A DNA stretch of 55,560 bases, counting the filler, from Sphacelaria rigidula (lineage: Eukaryota), in NCBI GenBank assembly GCA_964200075.2. It is 4 parts of 4 records of this genome, joined end to end, with 100 filler letters (N's around TTAATTAATTAA, not from the genome) between each part and the next. Parts side by side here need not be neighbours in the genome. Positions count along the whole stretch, not along the records: positions 1 to 13,818 come from CAXNAA020002648.1; 3 more parts are not named here. One strand, 5' to 3'. Positions 1 to 13,340 of this stretch are shown piece by piece (the stretch's first letter is position 1; each line of letters begins with the position of its first letter). The notes below the pieces were generated by a model, which was not told the DNA's origin, ran no database searches, and saw only the letters and a list, made by a program, of their open reading frames with translations. The position numbers and the translations under genes are program-made.

Positions 1-902
1 ACTATGGCAAGCATGATCATGAGTACACCCCGCCCACCCTACCCACAAATCCAAACTCGACACTTGGGGGGGCAATTTTCCTTCATAATTGACCATGATG
101 TCCCAGTGATCCGGCGCCGAAGGGGTTAAAGAAAGCACGCATTGTTTACGTATTTCTGTAGTCGATCTGGTGTCGAAATGCGCCATTATGTGCCCAAGAG
201 GCTAGCTTTTTGATCGCCTATGCTAATGGCTCCGGTTATTCTCCATCGACAGTCTCACGAGGCTTGGAGGATCGTCTTTGCGGGCGTAGATGGACGTTAG
301 ATCGACACAAGTGGTTGTCACGAGTTGCACAATAATGCACTTTCCGCAACTGCGTGTGCAATGATATCCTGCCATGGCAACGGGAGGCAGGTGCACGTTT
401 CCCCCCTTCATATGCATTATCCTGCAACAGTTTGCATGCTGCAGTCTTGCCTCGTGCATCACTGCACGTACTGCTCGTGCGATCACCGCTCCTGCCGTTA
501 CTATATTGCGGCAGCCAATGTGCTGCTGGTCGTGCTTTACGTACTACAAGTTATCACACGGTGCTTTCCGTGTGACAGTGTCTAGCAACCCCACAAAATT
601 AGTCCAATCTCTCCCTGAAGCTTGTCCAACCGTAACGCAGCAAGGAGTCCTGGTTGCCGAGGGCTTGGCATTGCAACTGCAAGCCTGGCCTCTAAACAGT
701 CGCTTCACTGACAGTTCCGTGGGTAAAAATTGCGGGGGATGTACCGTCTTGAGGAAGGACACAGTGTGTTCGAGGACCCGCGGAACGGTTTAGAAAACAA
801 GCGGGGTTGCCGTAAGACCTCAGAAAGGAACATACGTGGTTCCCCCGGAAGCTTGCCCATCATGGCCTATCTCGCAGTGAGGCGGATTTTTTTCGTTTTT
901 CT

Positions 903-1179
903 GGCCCATTGTTATCGACACTGGTTTTTCAGATATCTCAGAATTTTTCAGAGTTTTCGGACTCTGCGCTCAGACTTCTCCGAGAACGAAGCGGCTTGAT
1001 ATTTTTCTCCGAAGGTTCATTTTGGAGAAGTCCGAAAAATTCGGTCTGCAACGCAGCATTTCGGAGAGCTGCCCTGTGGAAGCGCCGTGGCGCTCGCAAG
1101 CATTCGAGAATAATCAGGTACATGCCAGTCCTGACAATCTCGGAGATCTCCGAAAAACCAATGTCGATAACAAGGGGCC
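903..1179. mobile_element. MITE with ~40-bp TIRs (GGCCC termini, possibly PIF/Harbinger-like)
   Basis: GGCCCATTGTTATCGACACTGGTTTTTCAGATATCTC at 903 is a near reverse complement of GAGATCTCCGAAAAACCAATGTCGATAACAAGGGGCC ending at 1179. The TSD is not clean. Confidence 0.75.
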
Positions 1180-1194
1180 TTAACGAGCAATACG

Positions 1195-1570
1195 TCGCCG
1201 CGCCTGATGGTCTCAGCGGTGCAACCAAAATAGGTTGTGGGCTCGATTCCTAGCGTATACGTTTTTTCTTAGCAGAATCTAACTCCGTCGTTGAACGCGT
1301 GCGGACGCGAGTTGCAAAGGACAATTCGATCAGAGTCGACGGGATGCGGAAATACAGATGCAGTCCGCTTTACCACAATGTGAGGCAAGTTTCGGGAGAG
1401 ATATGGGCGGGTTCCTTCAGACTGCCGACTCTTCCCGAGGAGGGGGGAGGGGTTGACACTACAGCGAGTGGGTGATTCAGGCGCATAAGAAAAAACCGTC
1501 GTCGCGGAGTCTCTGCCACCTGAGGCCCACTCCTCTTGACTTCCAAGAAAGTGCACACGGTGAGGCACTG
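1195..1570 (+). mobile_element. tRNA-derived SINE, family A (diverged copy)
   Basis: B-box-like GGCTCGATTCC near 1241, followed by a body (TATACGG...AGCAGAATCT...CTCCG.CGTTG) alignable to the minus-strand copies at 1740-2125 and 2690-3010. Confidence 0.55.
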
Positions 1571-1739
1571 ATCGCATATAGGCAGGCACGAAAGCACTTC
1601 AGAATGTGCTCAGGGGAAAGCCACGGTACACCATACAGTTTCGTATGCGGCCGCTGATGTTTTTTTTTGCCGTGTTCCGGAGCTGCTTTGTACCGAGAAG
1701 TGCTGCAGTGCAACTATATATAGTAGATGAATAATGAGA

Positions 1740-2125
1740 AGTGCGGCTTGATACCAGAGTCACGCTCGAGGTGTGGCAGAAAGGACTCCAAAGTGTCAGT
1801 GTCCAGGATGCGACGGAGCTTCTCCTTACACTATCGTGTGATTTGCTTTTGTCATTCTTTCAACCCTTCCCCTTCCTTGGGGCGATTCCGCAGTCTCAAG
1901 GGATCAACCCATCTCTCTTCCGGTACCTGCTTGATATTACCACATCGAGGAATGGATCAATAGTTGCTCACCCCATCGATTACTCTCGGATTTTTGTTGC
2001 TACATACTCGCGTCGTCACGCTTTCAGGGACAAAACGCTCATAATAAGCACACCTGCCGGGATTCGGACCCACAGTGGTCCGCCTTGACTGGCTATCCGC
2101 GTATCAGGTAGACAAGACCTCCAGA
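1740..2125 (-). mobile_element. tRNA-derived SINE, family A (diverged copy)
   Basis: Minus-strand GGGTCCGAATCCCG B-box-like motif near 2058-2071; body shares ATCAACCCATCTC...CCGGTACC with the copy at 2690-3010. Confidence 0.5.
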
Positions 2126-2689
2126 GAGCCGGCTGTCATATGCTCAAGTGTTCCCCTGTTGATCCAAATAGGCGTGTTCGGTCACAGCGACCCAGTCTCA
2201 TTATCCAGAACGCAGCATTAGAGGTTTGATACGGTCTCGAAGCCAAAGGGTCAAGCAAGCAAGAGCTTTCAATATGCCGCCTAATATTGACCGCTGCACA
2301 AGGTGGACCGTGACATTTTCTTGTACACCACACGGTACTTAACTAGTTTTGGACAGGATAAGGGGTAAGCCCGAGTATTGAAATCCCCGTGTAGTGCGAG
2401 ACGGCGGTGAATTCAAATTGGACTTGTGCGAGAAGCCCATGTTTCATGCATATGGTTACTGCATCGTTGGCGTACAAGACAATTGCGAAAGTATAAACAA
2501 GTTTCCTAGATAGAGGGGAATAAGACCACTGTGGCAGCACAACGCTTGCAACGCGTGAAATGTTGATCATATATTTTGCGATGTAGAAATATGTAGACAT
2601 GGTAGCGGTAGCGTTCTTCTCGTCCCTGTTCATCACAAATCCAGCAGATGGCTAGGCAGCGAGGGGACACTTTTGCACTCGACACGGGG

Positions 2690-3010
2690 AACGTGTCACT
2701 CGTTTTTTTCTTCTTATTTTGTCGTCCTTTTGACCGCTTCTCTTCCTCGGGAGGAGTTCTTTTTATTATAGGTATCAACCCATCTCGGCACCGGTACCCG
2801 ACTGACATTTTTATATCGACGGCTCGATCAGCGATTCCACACGACCTCGACCGTCGCCGATTTTTCTTCGCTACTCCCATCATCATGTTTCCAACGTCGG
2901 AGACAGATTCTGCTCAACAAGACCGTATATGTCGGGATTTGAACCCGCAACTTTCTGCCCTGACTGGCCATTGGCGTACCATTTCAATATACACCACCCG
3001 GGCGCAGCGG
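2690..3010 (-). mobile_element. tRNA-derived SINE, family A
   Basis: Minus-strand GGGTTCAAATCCCG B box at ~2933-2946, then a body homologous to the copies at 1195 and 1740. Confidence 0.6.
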
Positions 3011-4059
3011 GAACTATAGCGCAATATTTTCTTTAGTGCGGCGAATAGTCGTGATTATGTACTTGGGAAATGGCGAAGAAACCTTCGGAGGTAGCGTGGG
3101 TATACTTCACAAGTGATTGGTCGCAAGTTCGCGTGAGGAGTTGGGTGACGAGAAGCCCAGAAGTCTGGCCTTGGGTCCGTGCAACTGCTGCAGCAATAAG
3201 CTCCGTGCTTCTCAACATTCAAAATAAGCTCACCCACCTCACCCATTCTGTATTGCGAACGGTGGCTTCTCATTTTTGTTTCCAGTTTTGCCCCCGTCGT
3301 GGCTCGTTTTTTTCACCTCAATACTCGTCTGCGCAAGCTCTACAGGAATTTACGCCACAGACAACAAGGCACGGCAACGCCGCCCCTGTCCAGCGAATTT
3401 CGACACCGACAGCACCATCACAGTATCGACACCACTGCCTGTATCTCATATTTTCGCATTGGTACTCTCAGGTTCACCCCCAAATACGTGCAGCCGTTTT
3501 AGCATCTACTTACGTGCTCGCATACATAATGAAGTGTGCGACCTCCGTCACTAGAAGAAACTCGAGGAGTAGGCCACACTCGTGGCGCCCGCACAAGCAA
3601 AAAACAATATTAACGCGGGACCAACACAGGTACAATGACCTGTTCATACGTTTAGTCAACAAGGTCAGTGGCAGTCACGTAGGCGCTCCTTCCCCCTACG
3701 TTCCCCAACATCAGGGGTAATCGATTGTGCTGACACTCAGTCCTATGCATACCTACGACACGGTAAGATACGATGCAGTTGATGTTTGATGATGATATTA
3801 CGGAATTACGGGAGGTTGTAAGGTAAGACCAATCTGAAGCTTAAAATCGGCACTTGCCCATGATTCGGGTCTAACGACACGTATCGCGTATACAATATTA
3901 CCCGGGGCACTTGCCAACCCGCGTGGGTCAGTCTGGCGTGTTTTGCTTGCCTAGTACCCACCTACATGTTGACTGTCAAGTGGTGAGTGTGTGTTGCATT
4001 GAATTGATACAACAGGGTTAATAACCAGTCTCCTCTGTGTACCAGTCTACCGCAACGAT

Positions 4060-4540
4060 TTTACCCAAACCCAGTGCGAGCTTCGAGGGGGGAAGCTATC
4101 CGCGCCAGACTACTGCCTGTTGTATGCTTTGTGCTTGATACTGCTACTTCTCGAACACCCGGGTTTACGGTACCGGGTGTGAAGAAAATATTAACCGGTC
4201 GAGAGCGATCGCATGATGCGATAAGAGAGGTGGGCGCCATGACCACGGGGAGGGTGCGATAGAGGAGGAGCTCCTTCGCAGCACGGGCGGGCGATGGTGC
4301 ACCAGGTGGGGGATCACAAAAATTGTTTTAGCGCTCTGGAAAAGAGGTTTGACCATTGTAGGAGTTGCGGACAAGGAGTTTATCCAACAGTTGATGTACA
4401 GTTGGTTCGTAGGAGCACGACCGGGAAGAGCGCAAGATTCATGGAAAGCTCGTTCGTGACAGCCCGCACCGTACTGTTCTAGAGGTGGAGACCAGGGCCG
4501 ACGGGGGGGTGCCAGAGTGAGTGCTTTCGCGTGACCCTTC
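4060..4540 (-). pseudogene. Decayed 3' end of a CRE-like (restriction-like endonuclease) non-LTR retrotransposon
   Basis: Minus-strand fragments PPVGPGLHL and PTSLIASCDRSRPVNIFF resemble the ...LGLHL and ...SLIP..SRPADIF motifs of CRE-type ORFs. Frameshifted; recognised by eye only. Confidence 0.35.
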
Positions 4541-5019
4541 AGGAAGTCGAGCTATCTCACTCCCCAAACACCTGCTGGCAGGTGGCTTTTAGCTGACGAT
4601 GGCGAGAATCGCGCGAAATTATCCTACAATGGAACCTCAGTTCGCACTTTCCTCACTCCTTTACAAACAATAGAGGTACTATCAACGCCTTTGCCTGGTG
4701 ATACTCTAGCGTACTTAATTTAGGCTTTCGGCTCTGATTCGGGTAGAAACTGGGGTTAAGTTGCTTCAAGTTAGTGCGACACTTGGTTTTTTTTAACCTG
4801 GGCCATTCTTCACTCAGAGTTTTGGAGATGTTGAATATAATAGTCTGTGTGCTGTATCGGTGATGATGCGACCTACAGGCTAGCTGGTGGGCTACGTCAA
4901 GAGTGTTCGACTCGAACCTCAATCCTTCAGCTGCGCAGTTTTACTTCGAAATGTGACCCAAGCTGAGACCTGCAGCTGAGGAGTTTTGCCCAGAGTTGGG
5001 ACACTACCACGGGAGATTC

Positions 5020-8000
5020 ATTGACGGAGATGAGGTGTGGATGAGTAAGTACGACATTCGGCTGACTGGAGCCTATGGGCGCCGCGGACTGGGAGGATTG
5101 CACCTGTCCAGGAGACCAAAATGCAAGGGATGCACCTCGATAGATTGACCAAGGAGAAACCTAAAACAACAAAAGCGACACTCGCGCGGAAGAGTAAAGG
5201 AGAGGAGCAGAACGAAGAGGAGGGCAGAACGAAAAGCACAAAGACGTACGCAGAGCTACAGCCAGATATCGTGTGGAGTAGCCCACGGTGACGACGTACG
5301 ACACCGGGCGCACCTGAGCCCTCACGAGACAGAACGGCCGGCCATGCTGAGGTGGTCCTGCACAGTTCAATGCGATAGGTGGTAACGCCATCGGACTGCA
5401 GCAGACAAGGAGATAGAGTAGAACTGAGTTCTCTGCTACGGAATACCGCGACTTCCGCTGCGGGGCGGAAGGAGGCAACGGGGGCGCTGGTCAACATGGG
5501 ATTGACTTGACGGTTAAAGAATTGATCATCAAGAAGGTTACGTGAACAAAGTTATGAGCGAGCGCAACATGTCAACGGCTTCCTACCTAGTAGGTAAATC
5601 GAACGCTGCGAGGGTTGTTGATGTCCACTTCACGGTCGCATCAAAGAAGAACAGAAGAGCAGGACGTCTTGTGGACCGACTTGGACAGTGCCGAGCCGGG
5701 TTCCCTCCAGCAACCATCCACTGTACTTGTTTTCGTAGGCGCTAACGCAAGGGCTGGGGCAAGAACAGCAAGGAAGGATCGTGAAATACTGCGGGCATAC
5801 GGCAGGGACTCCCCGGCGAATGACAGCAGTTGGACTGCATTGCTACGACTGGCAGGTGAAAGCAGGCTTGCACTGGTCAACACGCATTTTCTACCCCCGA
5901 GGGTGGCACGTCGCATACGTGAAGCGGTACTACAAGTCGTCTCGCGGACAAGAAACGTGTGGAGTACATTATTACACAGCAAGTTCACCGCCAGCTTGTT
6001 CGAAATGTCACTACCCACCTACAAGACCCAACTTCCCGGACACGGACCACAACATCGTGTGCGCCACAGTGCGACTCCTTGGCCGACACGCACGCAAAAA
6101 TCGTCGGCACACCCAGAGATACTGTCGGTAAATATCCTGCTCGCTGAATCGACACACTCCTCGCCGAGAAGGTGAAACCATATCCGACCCGACGGCTCCG
6201 TGTAAAAGGATGGTTTGAGGATGCTGCGATCCGAGCTGGGGTCGACTTGAATGAGCGATAGAGGGCGGACCCGGCCATGCGAGTAGGGCGGAGAAGTTGC
6301 CCCGCATGGTGCAACTTGCGAACAGCATGCAAGAGGCTAAAAGGGATGATCCAAGCTGGGTTGGACGAGTACTTGATATGGACGGGAAAGTCCGGAGGAG
6401 TACATTGCAATTGGAGACATGGGAGATTAGAGCGGAAATCTGACATGAGGGTGGAGGTTCAAGGGAAGGGGATAGGGTGCGAGCCGTACATCAAGTGGGA
6501 GGAGGGGTAACTGCTATGGACAGGAATCCACTCCGTGAGAGACGGAAATGGCGCTTTTCTCCTCTGCTGAATAGAACATCGGTAACTATCGACCCAACCG
6601 TCACCGAGAGCATAATAGTGCCACCGAAAGCTATGCCACTTCAAGAACCCCAACTCCTAGCTAAAACCGAAAAACGAATGCTCTACCTGCTGCATCCCCC
6701 AAGCTTGGGTGGGACGGGACAGCAAGGCGATGAGACCGGATGCTCCACTGGCTGTACTCCCCAAGATTGGGTTCACCAGGCAGCCTTCGGAGATCCTGGA
6801 GCACCGCCGGGATCGATATTGCTGTGTGTGCATCTGGCGAAGTGTCGCAGGAGTGAAAGGGCGCCACCATCAAAGTGTTATACAAAAAGTAGGAGGAGGA
6901 TAGTGACTGTAAGGGCATCGCCCTCGTGACACATACTAACAATATTCTCCTCAATACCGTAGTCAACATACTCTATAGTTCTGCGAGGAGGCTGGGATGT
7001 TTCGGGAGAACAGTGCGGATCTCGGTACCAACGAGCGACCACGGACATGGCATCATAGTACACCGACGGCCAGAGTTGGACGGGCGAGCAATATCCCATT
7101 AAATATGTGCTTCATCGGCTTTCAGGGAGCGTACGAATCCGTAGACCGCACGCTCTTTGCGGGAAGTACTTGGCCGTTTTGGAGTTCCTCCGCGGATGAT
7201 CAAGGTGGTCCATATGTCCCACGATGCCATGCGAGCTCGAATGCAACTGAATAGTTGCGAACCATAATTGGTTCACGTCCGCTACGGATTCAGGCGAGGG
7301 GCCGTTTCGCCCTCCCCACCGTTTAACATTCTTGACGCAGCCTTGATCGACGTGATTCTATAGCGTTCCGCGGCAGACCCGGTCATTATTCTAGACCTAG
7401 TAAATCTGGATGATGCGGCGAAAAATGAGGGTGATCACCGCATAGAAGAGACATCGCTGCAGAGGGTGCGACACATGGTGTGGGGAGAGTTGTGCGCGGG
7501 TGACGGAGCACTGCCCTTGAGGCCCCGAGGCGGGTCGGCTAAGATGATGACTGTCATAGTGGTGGTCTGCCAGGAGTTCTGAAAAACGGTATCGGAAAGA
7601 AAGACAGAGGTCATGCGCCTGTGGTTGGTGCCCAGCTCTGCCGAGACCCCACTGTTCGCCAAGGCGATTGGCCAATGCCACAAGCAGACGGCCGAGGTTG
7701 TCCACCTCAGTGGTTCTGTCAGCGCAGACACGAATATTCTATCAAGATCAACTACCGTATCAGCGCCGCGTGAGCACGCCTCCGAAAGCGTAGTCGTGCC
7801 CACTCGATCGACCCAATTCCCATTTACATATCAAAATGCGGCTGCACAAAGCGAAGGTGGTGGGTGCTATCATGTACGGGTGCACTACATGGGAGCTGGG
7901 TCAAGAGAACTTTGCGAGCATGCACTCTATGCTGTCACTGCGAGTAGGTGGTGTCCGCAAGAAGAATGGCAATGGGCACAGGGCTCTATCATGCAGAACT

Positions 8001-8790
8001 GTGCTCGAAATTGTCGAATGCGAACATATCGAGACCACCGTTTGTAGGCGTCAACGTAGGTTCGCGTGGACCCCTGTTCGACAGGACAAAACATGTCTCC
8101 CGAAGTGCATCATGCTATACGGCTGGTCGCACAGTAGCCCAAAGGGCCTCGCCGACCTTTGAAACACTGTGGGAACTGCGCCCAGGAAATCCTGCGCACC
8201 TTACGGGGTGTCCCACGCAAGGGGAAGCAAAGGAAACGGTTTGTCTGCGGGGCGGAGGTCAGAAATTGGCAATATTGGGTCACTGCTGCTCAGGGATGTT
8301 GAAAAGGGTATTACTAACAACACTTTTTTTTCAGACGACACCTCCGACTTTTTCGGGAAGAACTTGCTGTCTGAGAACTATGAGGGCAGGTTCCTTGACC
8401 AGGTCAGGCTATAGATACATTTAAGACGAACGATAGATTACTCCAAAACCTAGCGTCTTTTTTTCCCAGCATCACATCTCCGCAGGAGTCGGAACAAAAG
8501 TCCAACTTTCCGGCAAAAGTCGGACGAGTCTGCAAAATAAATCCCGTTAGGAATATCTCCTAAGCCTTGGGTAGATGGCGCCTAGGAGTAGGGAAGTGGG
8601 CTGAGGGGCTTGACGAGGCGTGGCGGTGCCATAAGCTCCACCGGTCTGACCTATATCATAAGCAAGAGGTTGTTGTGCTGAGAGCTGCCAATATGAGAGT
8701 CGCCACCGTTGACACAAGAACAGCAATACTAGCCCGTGAAGAATTCGAGATGGAAGTAGTCGATAGAGTGGTCCACCTTGCCCCTCGCAT
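5020..8790 (+). mobile_element. Near full-length, heavily decayed RTE-like LINE (APE endonuclease + reverse transcriptase)
   Basis: APE fragments: IGLQQTRR ~5390, ANARAG ~5745, YIITQQ ~5965, DTDHNIVCATVRL ~6040. RT fragments: EQCGSRYQRATTDM ~7010, CFIGFQGAYESVDR ~7110, VSEKKTE ~7590. C-terminal IMYGCTTW ~7870. Many stops and frameshifts. Confidence 0.85.
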
Positions 8791-8804
8791 GAAGAGACGG
8801 GAGG

Positions 8805-8885
8805 GGGGGTGGGTAATAATTTGTTGCTTGCCTTAGTCGCTTGACCATTGGCCACGCATCCCTTTCGAGACGGAGCACCGTTCCT
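8805..8885 (-). repeat. Poly-C-flanked ~80-bp dispersed module (short form)
   Basis: Reverse complement reads GGTGCTCCGTCTCGAAAGGGATGCGTGGCCAATGGTCAAGCGACTAAGGCAAGCAACAAAT, matching the copies at 13757, 17822, 41212, 42835, 46485, 46580 and 48410. Confidence 0.85.
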
Positions 8886-9700
8886 ACTTCTAATACTAGA
8901 CATGAGGGGGGAAGGTAGAGGGGGTAGCACGGAAACAGATACCCCCCTGTCTTGTTCTATCGGTTGCTGCCTTTTTCCCTTGCCTTGCAACTTTGGTGAT
9001 GATCCCTAGCTTTGTTTCCTTCTCTACCGTCACCTTTCCTTCTCTTGTGCTTTCCCTCTCTTCTCACTTTGATGTTATTTTTCTATTTTTGCAGGCTGTA
9101 CTAGTGGTTGTGTCTCGCTTCTCAAACACTGGTGGCTGAGAGCCCCTGCCCGAATGGTGTGCCCCCGATATATCCCAGTCGCAACCTGTTTCCGCGACTT
9201 TCTTTCTTGTACGGTCTCCCTACCTGAAGCCATTCGGTGGGGACTCATTGATTTTTCCCCTTGAGGATAGTGTTGCCTGGGATTCTTCGTCCTTTGTCTC
9301 TGTTCTTTTCGCTTCTCTTGTTATTTTCCCGCTTGTCCCTTTCATTTTGTTTTCTTCCCTCTTTTCTTTTTTCTTGGGTATACTCTGTTCCGTCCCTGCC
9401 TTTCACTATTTCTCGTCTCACGGCCTTTCTCGACCTCTCCTTCAGCTCCTCTAGCGCGTGTTTCCGTTCATTTTCCCCGGCACCTAACCCTTGGGCGCGT
9501 CTATCTCTTGACGGCGGCTAGATTCGTACTGTACTGTAGCTGATCAAATATTGTACGGCAATCAATCACTTCACTGAACAACATCCTCTCCAGGAAATAT
9601 TCTGCACATGATGATTGATGGACGCCGCCTGCAGTCGCCACCGAGCACCACATGAATCTCCACCACTGTATTGTGCTGGTAGGAACCCTCTGCTGGATAT

Positions 9701-9747
9701 ACAGTAGTAGCAGCAGTAGCAGCAGTAGCAGCAGTAGCAGCAGCAAC
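9701..9747 (+). repeat. Compound (CAG/TAG)n microsatellite
   Basis: Run of CAGTAGCAG-type units; it produces the spurious poly-Leu ORF on the minus strand. Confidence 0.9.
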
Positions 9748-12620
9748 TGGTAGTCCAAGGATACTAATGCTGATCTACACGATGCCGCGTAGTCTACTAG
9801 GGATGATATCATCATGCCCTCTACCTTGTGCTATCCTGCAAAGAAAAGCGATAGGGTTTCACATATATGTAGATGTTGCTGGGCTGAGTGCCGCGTTTGT
9901 TTTGCACCAGAATTTTCTGAGAAATTGAGGACCCCATTCTTTTTAATCTGCACAGCTTCGTGGTTCCCCATGCTAAGTTTCAAATCACAGTTCCAAAAAT
10001 TGAGCTAAAAAGTTGAGATAAGGCCCAAGAGCAATGCAATGTTCATTTCTTCTCAAAACTCCACTAAAAACACGAAAAAAAAAGAAAACTGCAAAAACAG
10101 AAAAGGTCAAATACATGTTTTGTTTATTTTATTATGCACTAGCGGTTTTCCATACGAAATTTCATAGCATAACTCTCAAAAACTGAGACGCGATATCCAG
10201 ATTTGGGGCATCTGGTGCCTCTGCTCGTAATATATTGATTTTAGTACGGAAACTTATGTGCGCCATATCTCCAGATCGATTACGAATTAGGTGAAGGTGA
10301 GGGTATCTATCGCCTCCCCGTGCTCCAGGGAAGGTCCACACCGGAAGTCGTCATCATCCGCTAAATGTATCGTTCGGGGTTTCATATAGAGTTTAGCGTG
10401 GACGCTATCTTCGTACGGTATAGGAATTACTAGACATGGGGTTTAATCAACAAAAATGAAATGGCCCAACTTTTTGAGCAGATGGGTACCCTCCCCTTGA
10501 TTAGACGATTAATACGATATGCGGATCACGGCCCAACTCGTCTGTGTCGATGAGATATTGCTTTAAGAGCTTGAATCCGTTTCTAGGCTGGCCCAGCTCG
10601 TACGCACTTGCGGATTCTAGCTGAGCAGTAGACTACTGAGGGGCAGCATAGTGAACGTCTTCAGTTGAGATAGGCTTGTATCATCCTGCTTTTGGTGTTT
10701 ATGTGTTGACGATACATAGACTATGTCTACACTGACCAGTCTTCTTGGAGCGTAGTTATACATTTTCCGTCGATGTGATGGGTTTTGCCATTAATCGCTC
10801 TCCCCCGAAATACAGTGTTTTCAAGAAACGTCGGTTCCTGAGTGATTTCAAAGAACGTTCCTTCCTAAGTGGTTGGACAAATCAAAATTCGCTTTTGACA
10901 TCCTCATCGTTCACCAAAACAGATGAGCAGCAGTCATTGTGATAATCGCATGCTGGCAGCAGTTGCGACATGGCGAATAATAACACGGTTGGCATGAGCG
11001 ATGGAGGTAAATTCACGGTTGAGAAATAGTCCCGACAATCAGGATAAACCCCACATAATGTATGTATCGTGTTGCCATGCGATTGAACAAAAGGATGCTG
11101 CTGATTCTCGAAACGCACAAATGCCCACACTCGAGAAGAGTTACCTGAAGCAAAGCCACGCGCAGCTGTGATCAAGTGCCACTTGGTGCGTGTGCCGTAC
11201 CGTATATTATGCTGTTTGAGACGGCTGTGGGCCACATCGGCATTTTTTGGAATATGTCCAGAATATCTACCCCACGTGCGCTAGTAGACTGCAAATACAC
11301 TAGAACAGCTGATAGAGAGCACCACACACCACACACCACACACTATTATACACCGCCCGAGATATTTCGGTGTTGGCCAGGACATTCCGTTCACCGAAGA
11401 TTGAACGCCCCCGAAATGGGGAGAGGCGTGACGGCACTGGAGCATACACTGTGTATTCTCACACGAGAATCTGCTGTTAAGCTCCTAATATTGCCGGATT
11501 GTGTTGTCACGGCAGAGTATTTCTTCATTTACACGACAGCATAGGCTACTCGACAAATTGCAGGCCGCTCTTTGCGACCTAAACGATGGTATCATATCAA
11601 GATGTCGGGCGTGAAATGAGACTGTGGGCTATGGTGCCTCAGATAAGAGAAACGGGACCCCGTGATATTCAGCAGCCTATAGCGCGGAATGCCTGGGGAT
11701 GACGATGGATCAGACGCGTATCGAAAATCCGCCATGCAAGTTGTTTTCCTGATATCGAGCTACAGTGTATATCTTCTCGTCCACTTCTTCATTTCCTGTA
11801 GAAGGTTTGAAGATTTTTCGAAATCTTATTTTCATGCAAGTTCGTCGTAAAGTTGATACCGCCATCGTCATAGTCGGATATCCGCCGTTACTCTCTGAGT
11901 TTTCCGAAGTTTACGGCACACGATGGTACATATGAACTGCATGGTTCTAGGGCACCAAATGCCGAGCCTACAACTCGAAGACAACGGCTGATCTCGTGTT
12001 GTGTCCAACTATCTGACGTTTAAGGATGCAGCTAAAAACAACCGCACTCCCTTTTTTTTTCAGCTGTAACCCCTTTAGCGCCCAGTCGTAGTTGGTCTTG
12101 GGCTGTGTCCGACTATCCGACATTTTAGCGTACAGCTATAGACGGTCAGACTCTCTCTTGGTCCAGCTTCAGTCCCTCGCGCGCCCGATCCTCTGCTTCA
12201 TTTCCAGTTGGGCAGGCTCGTATGGGAGTTCGAGGAATGGTTTTTGTTGAAGATTCATCGTCCACGTAGAAAGAGGGAGTTTAGGACGATGTGTCAGACA
12301 TGATTCGACTGGGTTTCAGCCCACTAGGCATAATTTGGCCGCGACGGGTGGGGACCAACATAGTCATTGAGCGATGGTAACCCCAGAAGCACTTGTAGCT
12401 ACGCATATGAGAATATTTTAGCAGCCGAAATCGGTGGGATCTCCGCAGTGGATAATCTTGTACAACGTGAGTGCTAACTCAAAAGAAAGTGATGATGACG
12501 ATCGGTCATGACACTCGCCGCCTGACAGGCTTGTGATAAAACCTAAACCTGACTCTACGGCTGCAGTAACTGCTCCCTATAAAGAATGCCTGCAAGAAAT
12601 TTTCTTACCATCGGTGTTTT

Positions 12621-13011
12621 GGGGGGAGCGTATTTTCCACTTATTATTCAGGTGACACGGTTTTTGCCCCAAAAGCAGGGAAGACCGCCAACACCCGTCT
12701 TGGACACTTTGCTTCACCTCACCGAGAGGAGTCTAGCCCACTTCTCCGATTTGCTCGACCCCAAGTTTTCGAGAGTGACCTCTGAACAAAATTACAAACT
12801 GAACGAAGGAAACGCTTGCACCACATTTTATTGTCCAGCTGTACTTCTGTTCAGGGGTCATTCTCGAAGCCTTGGAGTCAAGCGAATCGGAGAAATGGGC
12901 TAAACTCCTCTCGGTGGGGCGATGCAAACTGCTCAACACGTGTTATGGTGATATTACCCGTTTGGGGGCCAAAATCCGTGCAAATACCTCAAAGTGGAAA
13001 ATACGCCCCCC
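12621..13011. mobile_element. Foldback MITE (~390 bp, almost entirely an imperfect inverted repeat)
   Basis: Termini GGGGGGAGCGTATTTTCCACTT / AAGTGGAAAATACGCCCCCC. Inner arms CACCGAGAGGAGTCTAGCCCACTTCTCCGATTTGCT vs AGCGAATCGGAGAAATGGGCTAAACTCCTCTCGGTG. Confidence 0.85.
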
Positions 13012-13044
13012 CTCCCCAAAGAGTGATGGTCAGACACCCACGAG

Positions 13045-13340
13045 GCAGTGTATAAGTCGTGGGTGTCTCTGGAAGCGGCGATACCAGAAAATAAGCAACT
13101 CATTGTAAGCTGTCATTGAAATGCAAGATAGCCAGTACGCTTCGGGCCGAACAATCTTGGCAGGATGCAGCTCATCCTCCATGCGACTCGCCGAACACAC
13201 ACAGCGCTTCGCGCTTGGTGATCGAGTGCGAGCCTGGTGCGGCGAAAACCCGGTGCGCTCCGTCCCGGCTTTGTAGGGATGCGAGGTCAACGGTCTGATG
13301 ACTATGGTATGCATGATCATGAGTGCACCCCCCCCCCCCT
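13045..13340 (+). repeat. Poly-C-flanked ~290-bp dispersed element (long form)
   Basis: Aligns along its length with 40770-41070 (GTCTCTGGAAG.GGCGATACCAGAAAAT...GATCATGAGT.CACCCCC). Fragments at 1-40, 13365-13410 and 54683-54720. Confidence 0.9.

Noticed and set aside
9501-9815. Poly-Leu membrane protein ORF
   Set aside because: Produced by the CAG/TAG microsatellite.
13240-13325. Hammerhead ribozyme in the long-form element (CTGATGA plus an upstream GAAA)
   Set aside because: Stems I-III cannot be formed around the core, and CTGATGA is absent from the other copies.
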